Below, piece by piece: positions 10,026 through 18,221 of a stretch of 64,000 nt of DNA. The first letter of the stretch is position 1, and every line of letters begins with the position of its first letter. Source of the DNA: an uncultured Phycisphaerales bacterium. Lineage in GTDB: Bacteria; Planctomycetota; B15-G4. The stretch covers positions 81,871 through 145,870 of the forward strand of contig CAZIAK010000004.1 of assembly GCA_964537035.1 (NCBI GenBank). The letters run 5' to 3'. The translations under genes were made by a program, and so were the position numbers. Under the pieces are notes generated by a model, which saw only the letters and a program-made list of their open reading frames with translations, did no database searches and was not told where the DNA came from.

Positions 10026-10718
10026 ATGCCCGAGACATTCCAAGACGTGATCACCGACCTGCTGCGACAACACCTCCCGCAGGTGCCCGGTCTGGCCGAG
10101 ATCCATGGTGGCCCGGGCATCGAGCAGCTGGCCCGCTCCCTCAGCAGCTTCTGCGTGGCCCTCGCCGCCGCGAACGAGAAGATCAATCTGACCGGCATCG
10201 TCGACCCCGAGGGCATGGCCGTACGCCACGTCCTCGATGCCCTGACGGCCCTGCCCGCCCTCGAGGGCGACGGCGTGCTGGTCGACCTGGGTTCGGGCTG
10301 CGGCGTCCCCGGCATCCCCCTGGCCCTGGCCCTGCCCCGGCGGCAGGTCGTGCTGGTCGAGTCCCGAGAGCGCAAGGCCGCCGCCCTCGCTGCCCTGGTG
10401 GACGAACTGGGCCTCTCTCCCCGGGTGTCTGCGGTGCGGGCCCGAGGCGAGCTCTGGCTGGCCGAGCACCCAGCGGACGAGGTGGTCACTCGAGCCGTGG
10501 GCTCCATCGCTGATCAGCTGAAGCTCCTGCGCAAGGCCCGCCACGCCTTCAACCGCCTGGTCATGCTCAAAGGCCCCGGGGCTGACGACGAGTTCAGCCA
10601 GGTCGCAGACCGGCTCACCGAGCTGGGCTTCGAGGCGCCGGAGCGACTCTCCGCCGACCTCCCCCACGGAGCGGGCAGCCGGGTGCTGCTGGCCTTCGAG
10701 CCGACGCGCAAGAGCTAG
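10026..10718 (+). CDS. rsmG: 16S rRNA (guanine527-N7)-methyltransferase
   Basis: ATG at 10026. Has the GidB-like motif NLTGIVDPEGMAVRHVLDAL and the SAM-binding motif VDLGSGCGVPGIPLAL. Confidence 0.85.
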   Translation: MPETFQDVITDLLRQHLPQVPGLAEIHGGPGIEQLARSLSSFCVALAAANEKINLTGIVDPEGMAVRHVLDALTALPALEGDGVLVDLGSGCGVPGIPLALALPRRQVVLVESRERKAAALAALVDELGLSPRVSAVRARGELWLAEHPADEVVTRAVGSIADQLKLLRKARHAFNRLVMLKGPGADDEFSQVADRLTELGFEAPERLSADLPHGAGSRVLLAFEPTRKS

Positions 10719-10743
10719 CAGGCCCTGCGCGGCGTGTCGCCCG

Positions 10744-11670
10744 CTACGAGAGAGTCACCGGGCAGACAAAGTCATCGGGCTTGATGGCCAGCACAGACGA
10801 GCAGGCCTGGGCGATGGTCCGCTCTGCAGTCGAGCCGATGACCACCCCGGCCAGGCCACCCCGGCCGATGGTGCCCAGGACGATCAGGGTCGCGTCGAGC
10901 TTGGCCTCGGCCTTGACGATCTGCTCTGAGGGTCGCCCCTCGGCCATCCACAGCTTGACCTCGACGCCCGCGTCTGCAGCCAGGCCGTCGGTCAGCGTGT
11001 GCAGCTCGGCCCATGCCTGCTCGCGACAGTCAGCCTCGTAAGACTGCACCTCTGCCGCATCGACGTTGCGCAGGCGCATGCCCCCCTCAAGCGGGTACTC
11101 GGGGACGTGCAGCACGTTCCATTTGCGCTCGCTGAGCGCGGCGATCGATGCGGACAGGCTCAGCACCCGGGACGCGGGCCCGTGATCCAGAGCCACCGCC
11201 GAGAGGATCGAGCCCTGTCCCTTGGGGGTCGGGTCCCGCGGAGCCACCCAGACCGGGCAGGGGCATTTTCGAATCAGCTGGGTGGCCATGTTGCTGACGA
11301 TCTCGCCCCCTGGCTCGCCAGAGCGCCTGGCGGAGACCACCGCCAGATCGTATCCACCCCGCAACACCTCGCGGATGACTTCGAGGAACGGGACACCGGC
11401 CTTGACCAGCACCTGGACGTCTCCAGCATCCAGGAGCGACACGAAGCGATCGGTGAGGCTCTTGCGCGCCGCTTCTGCCACGGCCTCGGCGTGGAGTTGC
11501 CCGTCAGGGACCACCGTGATCACGGTGACCTGGGCTGGCCGCTGCTGCTGCTTGTAAAGGCCGCTGACCACCTGGGCCAGGGCCTCGACCTGCTGGCCAG
11601 GACCGTCGGGCGCCCCAAACGACGGCTTGGTCACGTCGACCGTGACCAGGATCTTCGAGAACTCTTGCAT
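10744..11670 (-). CDS. tandem universal stress protein (UspA-family) domains
   Basis: Track ORF trimmed to ATG 11670 (MQEFSKILVTVDVT..). The second domain ends with the typical VLGTIGRGGLAGVVIGSTAERTIAQACSSVLAIKP. Confidence 0.8.
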   Translation of the reverse strand: MQEFSKILVTVDVTKPSFGAPDGPGQQVEALAQVVSGLYKQQQRPAQVTVITVVPDGQLHAEAVAEAARKSLTDRFVSLLDAGDVQVLVKAGVPFLEVIREVLRGGYDLAVVSARRSGEPGGEIVSNMATQLIRKCPCPVWVAPRDPTPKGQGSILSAVALDHGPASRVLSLSASIAALSERKWNVLHVPEYPLEGGMRLRNVDAAEVQSYEADCREQAWAELHTLTDGLAADAGVEVKLWMAEGRPSEQIVKAEAKLDATLIVLGTIGRGGLAGVVIGSTAERTIAQACSSVLAIKPDDFVCPVTLS

Positions 11671-11721
11671 GCAGGCGCCCTCCAGACGATCAGCGGCCGA
11701 CAAGCGGCGCCAAGCCAAGAA

Positions 11722-11796
11722 TGGAGCCGGGGATCGGATTCGAACCGACGACCTCAGCTTTACGAAAGCCGTGCTCTACCACTGAGCTACCCCGGC
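11722..11796 (-). tRNA. tRNA-Thr (anticodon CGU), CCA encoded
   Basis: Minus-strand sequence GCCGGGGUAGCUCAGUGGUAGAGCACGGCUUUCGUAAAGCUGAGGUCGUCGGUUCGAAUCCGAUCCCCGGCUCCA. It folds as a cloverleaf: acceptor GCCGGGG/CCCCGGC, D stem GCUC/GAGC, anticodon loop UUCGUAA, T loop UUCGAAU. Confidence 0.95.
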
Positions 11797-11898
11797 ACAC
11801 GTTTCTCTTGCGCCGCGAAGGCGGGAACCCTACCAAACAGCCCATTGATCGGCTACACGCCCGGGCCAGCTCACCGCACACAAGGCTATCATCACCCC

Positions 11899-12285
11899 GT
11901 GCACTATCTCATCGATGGCTACAACCTGGCCTTCTGGCTCGCGGGGGATGACGACCTCGACCCCCACCAGCTTCGGGAGCTGTTGCTGGGCAAGCTCGCG
12001 ACCAGCCGCCCCCCCGACGCCGAATCGCTGCACATCTACTGGGACGTCCGCAGACCCAACCCGGCGATCCCGGCCAACACCTACCTCGACTGGTGCACGA
12101 TGCACAACGTCCCCGACGCGGACGCAGCCATCATCGACGCCGTCTACGACGCCGAGGCGCCCCGCCGCTGCATGGTGGTCAGCCGAGACCGAGAGGTCAC
12201 CGGCCGCTCCCGCCAGCTAGGAGCCAAGGTCATGTCCCCCAAGGATCTGCTAGGCAAGACCCGAACCCGGCGTCGCCGCCGCTAG
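11899..12285 (+). CDS. NYN/YacP-like predicted RNA-binding nuclease domain protein with Arg-rich tail
   Basis: In frame with track ORF 10999..12285; probable start GTG 11899 (VHYLIDGYNLAFWL..). Contains DADAAIIDAV and MVVSRDREV, typical of YacP/NYN. C-terminal KTRTRRRRR. Confidence 0.6.
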   Translation: MHYLIDGYNLAFWLAGDDDLDPHQLRELLLGKLATSRPPDAESLHIYWDVRRPNPAIPANTYLDWCTMHNVPDADAAIIDAVYDAEAPRRCMVVSRDREVTGRSRQLGAKVMSPKDLLGKTRTRRRRR

Positions 12286-12374
12286 CCGCCAAACCACCCC
12301 AGCGCGTGAGCAAGCGTCACCGCCGAAGAACGACCCCCCGAAAGGCCACAGTCGCCGGCCTCTCCAGCTGACGA

Positions 12375-12477
12375 GGTCGTCGCTGGTTCTCGCCAGGGGG
12401 GGTCTGGAGCGAGTTCACGAGGCGCAGCCGAGTTGTCTGAGCGCCACGGCCCCCCCTGGCGAGAACCAGCGACGACC
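12375..12477. repeat. long-stem hairpin element, copy A (28-bp perfect inverted repeat, 47-nt loop)
   Basis: Arm 12375..12402 (ggtcgtcgctggttctcgccaggggggg) is the exact reverse complement of 12450..12477. The loop starts tctggagcgagt and contains gtctgagcg, the same motifs as copies at 56482 and 57341. It lies between convergent genes ending at 12285 (+) and 12537 (-). Confidence 0.9.
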
Positions 12478-12536
12478 GGAGCACCCCAAAGAAGGCCGCG
12501 ACCTGTAGCGCAGCCCGCAGCCCGCAGCCAGCCCCC

Positions 12537-14594
12537 TTAGCCGTTGGCCATGGCCATGTCGTTGGACGACCCGCGCCCCAGGTTGCCCAGGGCCCGCGCC
12601 GCAGCCAGACCCAGGGGACCGGTGCCGCCCTCCTCGAGAGCAGCATTCACGGCGTCGCTCAGGGCATCGACCGCGCCAGAGGCACCACCGTGAGCAGCCC
12701 AGAGCTGACCCACCGCGTTCAGAGCCGCGATGCGCAGCTCGTCGGAACCACCACCCAGGACGATCTGCTCGACCTGCGAGAGACCGGCTCCCACGTGTCC
12801 TGCCAGGCCCAGGAGAGCGATCTTGACGTCGTCGCCACCCGCCCGCTCGAGCCCCTGCTCAATGCTGTTGGCCGAGCCAGCCGTGGCCGCGCTGGGCAGG
12901 TGCTGCAGCACCTGTGCGGCTGCGATGGCCCGTGAGGCTGCGTCACGAGCGAGCATGTCCGGCTCGCCAGCGACTGCCTGCAGGTCGGCCAAGGCCACCT
13001 CGGAGACCACTGCGGCCACCTGGTCGCCGTAGCGTGCGCTCACCAGATCGGACTCGTCCGTGACGATCACCACAGGCACGTCGGCGCTGCGGGGGTCGTT
13101 CAGCAGGCCGAAGATGACCGTGTCGAGCGTGACGCCGTTGAGGCCGTCGCGTACCACGATCACGTCCTTCGGCGGGAACTGCTTGGCCTTCATCAGGCCT
13201 CCGGCGGCCGTGGAGCTGCCCAGGTGCTGCCAGCCAGCGGCGTTGCCACTGAGCCCCGTGTCACCAATCGAGAACACCAGGCGATCGGGGATCGACTTGA
13301 GCGCCTCACCCAGCACCGAGACCACTCGGGCGTCAGCAAGACCCTGGGAGCCCAGAGAAAGTGCAGCAGCCACAGAAACGGCCTGGAAGTCGCTGTCGAG
13401 GGCGCCTCGCAAGGCTGCGACCTCGCCCTTGCCCGTGCCCATGCTGTCGATCAGAGCCGCAGCAGCAGCCGCCTGATCGTGCGACAACAAGGTGCCCAGA
13501 GCGGCGCCTCGGGCATCGCCAGCCATGGCCAGCTTGATCTCAAGGGACGGCAGCTCATCGGCGGCCGTGGACAGCAGATCGCTGTCCTGCAGGCCCGGGA
13601 CGTCGGCCCCAGCCATGATCTCGGCCTTCATGGACGCGTGCACCGCAGCCAGACCAGCACTGATCTCCTTGCCACCGCCCAGGGCCATGGCCTGGTCGAG
13701 GGTGCCCTCGGCCAGGTGCAGCTGGTACAGGCCGCCCAGAATGGCCTCGCCCATGAGGCCGCCGTCCTGCCAGCTCCAGGCCACCTGGCCATCGGCGTAG
13801 GGCTTGACGATGTCGGCGTCGCCCTGAACCCACTTGGACGCCAGGCGCAGAGCCAGGGTCGAGGGATCGCGGGTGCGCAGGCCCATGGCGTCGAGGTCGT
13901 CGCCCAGGCGGCTCAAGGACTCGGCGGCGATCTGCCGTACCACTGCTTCGTCGTCGCCCGCGGCCAACCAGGCCAGGGAGGCTGCGGCACGGACGTCGCC
14001 GATGGTGCCTAGCACCGAGGCCGCGTTGGCCCGGGTGGTCATGTCCTCAGAGTTCAGCGCTTGCATGAGCGGCGGCACCGCCCGATCACCGAGGCGAATG
14101 AGCGCCTTGATGGCCAGAACACGACGATTCGTGTCGGAGCGGTCAGCCAGGGGACCCAGCAGCGCGGGCACAGCCCACTCGCCGTAGGTCGCATTCAGCT
14201 CGCTCAGGGCCTGCTCAGACTCAAGGGAGCCAGCAGACAGATAGGTGTCGACCAGGTCGCGCGCCCCGCCGGGATCGCTGAGCACGGCGCTGCGGCCCAC
14301 CTTCGCGATGCCCAGGAAGCGCTTGGCCAGGGCACCGACCTCGCCGCCGTCCATGAGCATGGCCAGGATCTGGTCCTGCTCGAGCTTCTGCCAGAAGCGG
14401 AAAGCGTCTTCGTTGCCCGGGTTCTGGGCCAGGGCGTCCTTGAAGGCGTCGATGGCCCCCTGGGTGTCGCCTGACTCATAGGCAGCCACGCCGGTCTCGA
14501 ACAGGCTTTCGGCGTCCTGGGCGGCTGCGGAAGGCAGCGCCAGGAACAGGGCTGCAGACGGAACCACGAAGCGACAAAGCACGGAACGGAGCAT
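12537..14594 (-). CDS. secreted TPR + HEAT-repeat (PBS-lyase-type) protein
   Basis: Track ORF 12537..14804 trimmed to ATG 14594. Signal peptide MLRSVLCRFVVPSAALFLALPSAAAQ. N-terminal TPR-like helices are followed by HEAT_2-like repeats (LGDRAVPPLMQALNSEDMTTRANAASVLGTIGDVRAAASL..). Confidence 0.7.
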   Translation of the reverse strand: MLRSVLCRFVVPSAALFLALPSAAAQDAESLFETGVAAYESGDTQGAIDAFKDALAQNPGNEDAFRFWQKLEQDQILAMLMDGGEVGALAKRFLGIAKVGRSAVLSDPGGARDLVDTYLSAGSLESEQALSELNATYGEWAVPALLGPLADRSDTNRRVLAIKALIRLGDRAVPPLMQALNSEDMTTRANAASVLGTIGDVRAAASLAWLAAGDDEAVVRQIAAESLSRLGDDLDAMGLRTRDPSTLALRLASKWVQGDADIVKPYADGQVAWSWQDGGLMGEAILGGLYQLHLAEGTLDQAMALGGGKEISAGLAAVHASMKAEIMAGADVPGLQDSDLLSTAADELPSLEIKLAMAGDARGAALGTLLSHDQAAAAAALIDSMGTGKGEVAALRGALDSDFQAVSVAAALSLGSQGLADARVVSVLGEALKSIPDRLVFSIGDTGLSGNAAGWQHLGSSTAAGGLMKAKQFPPKDVIVVRDGLNGVTLDTVIFGLLNDPRSADVPVVIVTDESDLVSARYGDQVAAVVSEVALADLQAVAGEPDMLARDAASRAIAAAQVLQHLPSAATAGSANSIEQGLERAGGDDVKIALLGLAGHVGAGLSQVEQIVLGGGSDELRIAALNAVGQLWAAHGGASGAVDALSDAVNAALEEGGTGPLGLAAARALGNLGRGSSNDMAMANG

Positions 14595-14694
14595 GATCGA
14601 GCTCGCTGAAGAGTTGGGTTCGGGGCCCCACGTAACGGCCGGAGTCGTCGGTCCGCAGAGCGAGGCACAAATCTTAGGCAGGGACCCTGATTTA

Positions 14695-16707
14695 TCAAGG
14701 CCGACCGGCGACGTCACGCGATGACCGCCCCGGAAGAGCGAGGAACAGGGCCAGGCCACTGCCCCCCAGGGCGACCCAGGCGGCCGCCGGCGCAGCCCCC
14801 TCAAAGATCAGTTCACCGGGCAGAAGCACGCATCCCAGGACGAAAACGGTGGCTGCGAGCCAGGCGATCACCAGCCGGGGCACGGCCCATGGCGAGGGGC
14901 GATCGGCTCCCCGAAGAGGGCCCCAGAAACCCACAGGCTGCACCAGATCGTAGAAGCGGCGCAGCTGGCCAGGGTCCACCGGGGGCGTCGCCAGGGTCAC
15001 CGGCACGACCACCAGGGTCGAGAAGACGACCACAACCAGCAGGGTCCCGGCAAAGACAGGCTGCCCTCCTGCGACCAGCTGATCCGGGAGCAGACCCGCT
15101 CCCCACTCGGGCCAGCGCTGCAGGGCCCAGGTGACCGCGCCCGAGGTGATCAGGGCCGCGATCTCGGACCAGGCGTTGATCCGCCACCAGAGCCAGCGGG
15201 CCAGATAGACCACGCCCACCCCTGAGAAGAGGGCGGTGAAGACGTCGAACATGCCCCTCACGCTGTCCGAGGCGGCGGCAAAGAAGACGGCCAGCGCCAG
15301 CACCAGGGGACCGGTCACCCGGCCAGCCCGCACGTAGTGCTTTTCGGGCTCGTTGGGGCGTAGAAAGCGCCTGTAGAGGTCGTTCACCAGGTAGGAGGAG
15401 GCCAGGTTCACGTGGGTGTCGATGGTCGACATGAAGGCGGCCAGGAACGACGCGGCGAGCAGCCCTAGCAGGCCGGAGGGCAGAAAGCGGAGCATCATCT
15501 CGGGGTAGGCCGCCTCGTCGTCCGTGCTGGCCAGGACCTGGCCGGCGCGGACCTCATCGCCCGTGGAGACCAGGGGCACGGCGTCCCAACCTTCGACGGC
15601 GGTGGCTGGCAGGGCCACCTCGTGGACCGCTCCCAAGCCGTCGGTGAGCACCATGGTCACCTCGTTGACCGAGGTCACCAGGCCGTCCACCGGGCTGGCC
15701 ACCTGGGCCGGAGGCAGCACCAGCAGGGACGCCAGGGCCACGAGAATCCAGGGCCAGGGGCGCACGGCGTTGTGAGCCACTGCGTACCAGAGCGTGGCCA
15801 GCCAGGCGTGGCGCTCGTTCTTGCTGGCCAGGATGCGCTGGACCATGACGCCGCTGCCGTCCGCGTTCTTGTTGGCGAACCAGATCACCCCCACGAACAC
15901 GGCGAACTGCCAGAAGCTGGCTGTCCAGGTCACCGGGTCGAACAGCTCCACGCCCTCGGTGTTGGGCGCCATGGACAGCTTGTCCGCCGAGAGGGGGTTC
16001 GCTCGCAAGGCCTCGACAAGGCCGGCGGTACCGCCGAAGGCGTTGACCACCATGACCATGAGTGTGATCGAACCCGCCAGGGCCACTCCGAACTGGACGA
16101 AGTCGGTGAGCACCACACCCCAGAGGCCGGCGACCTCGGAGTAGATCAGGGCCAGCAAGGCGCAGCCCAGCATGACCGCCCAGACCGGCGTGATGGCCAC
16201 GGGCCCCAGGCTGAAGAGAGGCTCGCTGCTCAGATCGAAGAGCACGGTGAGCACCTTGGTCATGCCCAGGATCACCCAGCCCATGACGAAGCAGTGCATG
16301 AACACCACCTGGTAGATGCTCTTGAAGCCGCGCAAGAACCGAGCGGGACGGCCGGAGTAACGCAGCTCCATGAACTCGATGTCGGTGAGCACGGCCGAGC
16401 GGCGCCAGAGGCGGGCGAAGAGCACCACCACCAGCAGGGTGCTCATGATGTAGGCCCACCAGCGCCAGTTGCCCGCCACGCCGCCGGTGCGGGTCCAGCT
16501 GGAGATGACCAGGGGCGTATCCGAGGCGAAAGACGTGGCCACCATGGAGGTGCCCGCCAGCCACCAGGGCAGCTGCCGCCCGGAGAGAAAGAAGTTCTCC
16601 ACGGTGCCACGGCTCTTGCGGCCGACCCACACACCGATGCCCAGGGCGAACAACAGGTAGGCGCCGATGACGGCCCAGTCGAGGCCGGTGAACCCTGCGC
16701 GACTCAC
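14695..16707 (-). CDS. sodium:solute symporter (SSS) family transporter with an inserted ~65-aa soluble domain
   Basis: 670 aa. The GTG start at 16707 overlaps the secretin TGA (GTGA). SSS motifs: FFLSGRQLPWWLAGTSMVATSFASDTP, VQRILASKNERHA, AASFLAAFMSTIDTHVNL. Residues ~332-396 (nt 15520..15714) have no counterpart in canonical SSS loops. Confidence 0.85.
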   Translation of the reverse strand: MSRAGFTGLDWAVIGAYLLFALGIGVWVGRKSRGTVENFFLSGRQLPWWLAGTSMVATSFASDTPLVISSWTRTGGVAGNWRWWAYIMSTLLVVVLFARLWRRSAVLTDIEFMELRYSGRPARFLRGFKSIYQVVFMHCFVMGWVILGMTKVLTVLFDLSSEPLFSLGPVAITPVWAVMLGCALLALIYSEVAGLWGVVLTDFVQFGVALAGSITLMVMVVNAFGGTAGLVEALRANPLSADKLSMAPNTEGVELFDPVTWTASFWQFAVFVGVIWFANKNADGSGVMVQRILASKNERHAWLATLWYAVAHNAVRPWPWILVALASLLVLPPAQVASPVDGLVTSVNEVTMVLTDGLGAVHEVALPATAVEGWDAVPLVSTGDEVRAGQVLASTDDEAAYPEMMLRFLPSGLLGLLAASFLAAFMSTIDTHVNLASSYLVNDLYRRFLRPNEPEKHYVRAGRVTGPLVLALAVFFAAASDSVRGMFDVFTALFSGVGVVYLARWLWWRINAWSEIAALITSGAVTWALQRWPEWGAGLLPDQLVAGGQPVFAGTLLVVVVFSTLVVVPVTLATPPVDPGQLRRFYDLVQPVGFWGPLRGADRPSPWAVPRLVIAWLAATVFVLGCVLLPGELIFEGAAPAAAWVALGGSGLALFLALPGRSSRDVAGRP

Positions 16708-18155
16708 CGACGCAGCGGGTCGATCAGTGCCCGGCTGGGCACCTTGATGGTCGGCTCGACAAGGAACAGGATCTCGGTGGTCTGCTCGTCACTCAGCCGG
16801 CTCTTGAAGAACCAGCCCAGCAGGGGGATGTCGCCGAGAAAGGGCACCTTGGTCAGGGTCTCGATGTGCTGCTTCTGGCGCAGACCACCGATGGTGAAGC
16901 TCTGCCCGCTGTACACGTGCAGGGTCGTGTCGGTGGTGCGCTGACTGATGATCGGCGAGGACACGTCCACGCCGTTGATCACGAAGGGTGTTGCACCGGT
17001 CTGGGACGAGACATCGATGGAGAGATCGACCCGGATCAGGTCATCGGCCACGATGAAGGGGATCAGCTCGACGGTCACGCCGGTCTGTTCGAACTCGGTG
17101 GTCACGGTGGGGTTCGTCACCGAGCCCTTGGCCGTGAACACGGGCAGCTTGTCGCCGGTGGTCAGCCTGGCGTGATGGCCGTTGAGCACGGTCACCTTCG
17201 GCGTGCTGAGCAGCTCGGCGGCGCCGATGGTCTGCAGCACGCTGATGATGCCCTTGACCGAGAAGCTGTCGTGCACGCCCTGCAGGCTCAGCAAGAAGCC
17301 GGGCAGGCTGATCGGGCCGTCAGGGAAGCTCGAGAACCCAGCTCCCGAACCGTCCGAAGCTCCATCATCCAAGAAGGGGATGCCCGAGCCGAAACCTCCA
17401 GCGGGTGGGTTCGTGTTCGGGTCATAGGGCAGGTTGCGGTTCTCGAGCTCGGCCACCTTGAGCTTGGCGTCCCAATCGATCTTGTCGCTCAGGTTCACCT
17501 CGACGATGGTGATCTCGATCTCGATCTGGGGCTGATCGCCGAGCACCTTCTGCAACAGCTCGTCGATGAACAGCAAGGTGGGCGGCGGCGCGGTGACGTG
17601 GATCACGTCGGCGATGTCCGGCTTCATCAATCCGTTGCGTGAGCCGAACTTGTCCGAGACCTCATCCTTGTAGAAGTTCGGCTGCAGCGACCAGCGGATG
17701 ATCTCGGTGGCCGGGCGCTCCGGAAAGTTCGGTGTGTTCTGCTCTGCGGGGAAGTCGGCCACGTAGGCCCGCATCAGCGAGACGATGTCGTTGCCCCGGC
17801 CGGCGCGCACCGAGTACATCTTGGTCCACGAGCCATCGAGACCATGAATGACCTGACGGCCCAGGCGGTGGAAGTCCGTGGGCGCCTGGTCGGCCAGGAA
17901 GTCGGGCTCGAGATCGTCGGGCGTGGCCGCGTCGAAGAACGAGAGCTGGTCGCCGCCTTCGTCGTCAGCCTGGGTCTCGGCCACCAGATCGAGGGGGTCG
18001 ATCGTGGGCCGGTCTTGAGACGTGGGGCTCACCGCGATCACGGGCGAATCAGAGGACAGGCTCCAGGACGCGTTGGGGGCCTTGACCTCCTCGGTCACGC
18101 AGCCCGCAGCGGACAGACAGAACGCGGCGGCGAGAAGGCGTCTCATCGTAGTCAT
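16704..18155 (-). CDS. lipoprotein secretin (GspD/PilQ-family C-terminal domain), orphan
   Basis: MTTMRRLLAAAFCLSAAGC lipobox, then an acidic linker. Secretin domain from QIEIEITIVEVNLSD to LTKVPFLGDIPLLGWFFKSRLSDEQTTEILFLVEPTI. Confidence 0.8.
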   Translation of the reverse strand: MTTMRRLLAAAFCLSAAGCVTEEVKAPNASWSLSSDSPVIAVSPTSQDRPTIDPLDLVAETQADDEGGDQLSFFDAATPDDLEPDFLADQAPTDFHRLGRQVIHGLDGSWTKMYSVRAGRGNDIVSLMRAYVADFPAEQNTPNFPERPATEIIRWSLQPNFYKDEVSDKFGSRNGLMKPDIADVIHVTAPPPTLLFIDELLQKVLGDQPQIEIEITIVEVNLSDKIDWDAKLKVAELENRNLPYDPNTNPPAGGFGSGIPFLDDGASDGSGAGFSSFPDGPISLPGFLLSLQGVHDSFSVKGIISVLQTIGAAELLSTPKVTVLNGHHARLTTGDKLPVFTAKGSVTNPTVTTEFEQTGVTVELIPFIVADDLIRVDLSIDVSSQTGATPFVINGVDVSSPIISQRTTDTTLHVYSGQSFTIGGLRQKQHIETLTKVPFLGDIPLLGWFFKSRLSDEQTTEILFLVEPTIKVPSRALIDPLRR

Positions 18156-18221
18156 GACTCGGTCGGCGCCCTGCCCAGAGAAAGAAATGCCCCAGGAAAG
18201 CCCCGGGGACTCGTCAGCCCA

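Noticed and set aside
11722-12536. tRNA-Thr followed by a small gene and a palindromic repeat as a possible genomic-island integration site
   Set aside because: No integrase, no direct repeat of the tRNA 3' end and no compositional shift were noticed. The adjacent genes (NYN-domain protein, HEAT protein) look native.
12537-14804. 5'-extended versions of track ORFs. Examples: the HEAT protein from 14804 overlapping the symporter gene, 42232..43200, 23002..24876, 10999..12285 and 29049..30503.
   Set aside because: The extensions are Arg/Pro-rich, overlap upstream genes or the tRNA, and precede obvious signal peptides or RBS-associated internal starts. I trimmed them to the supported start codons.
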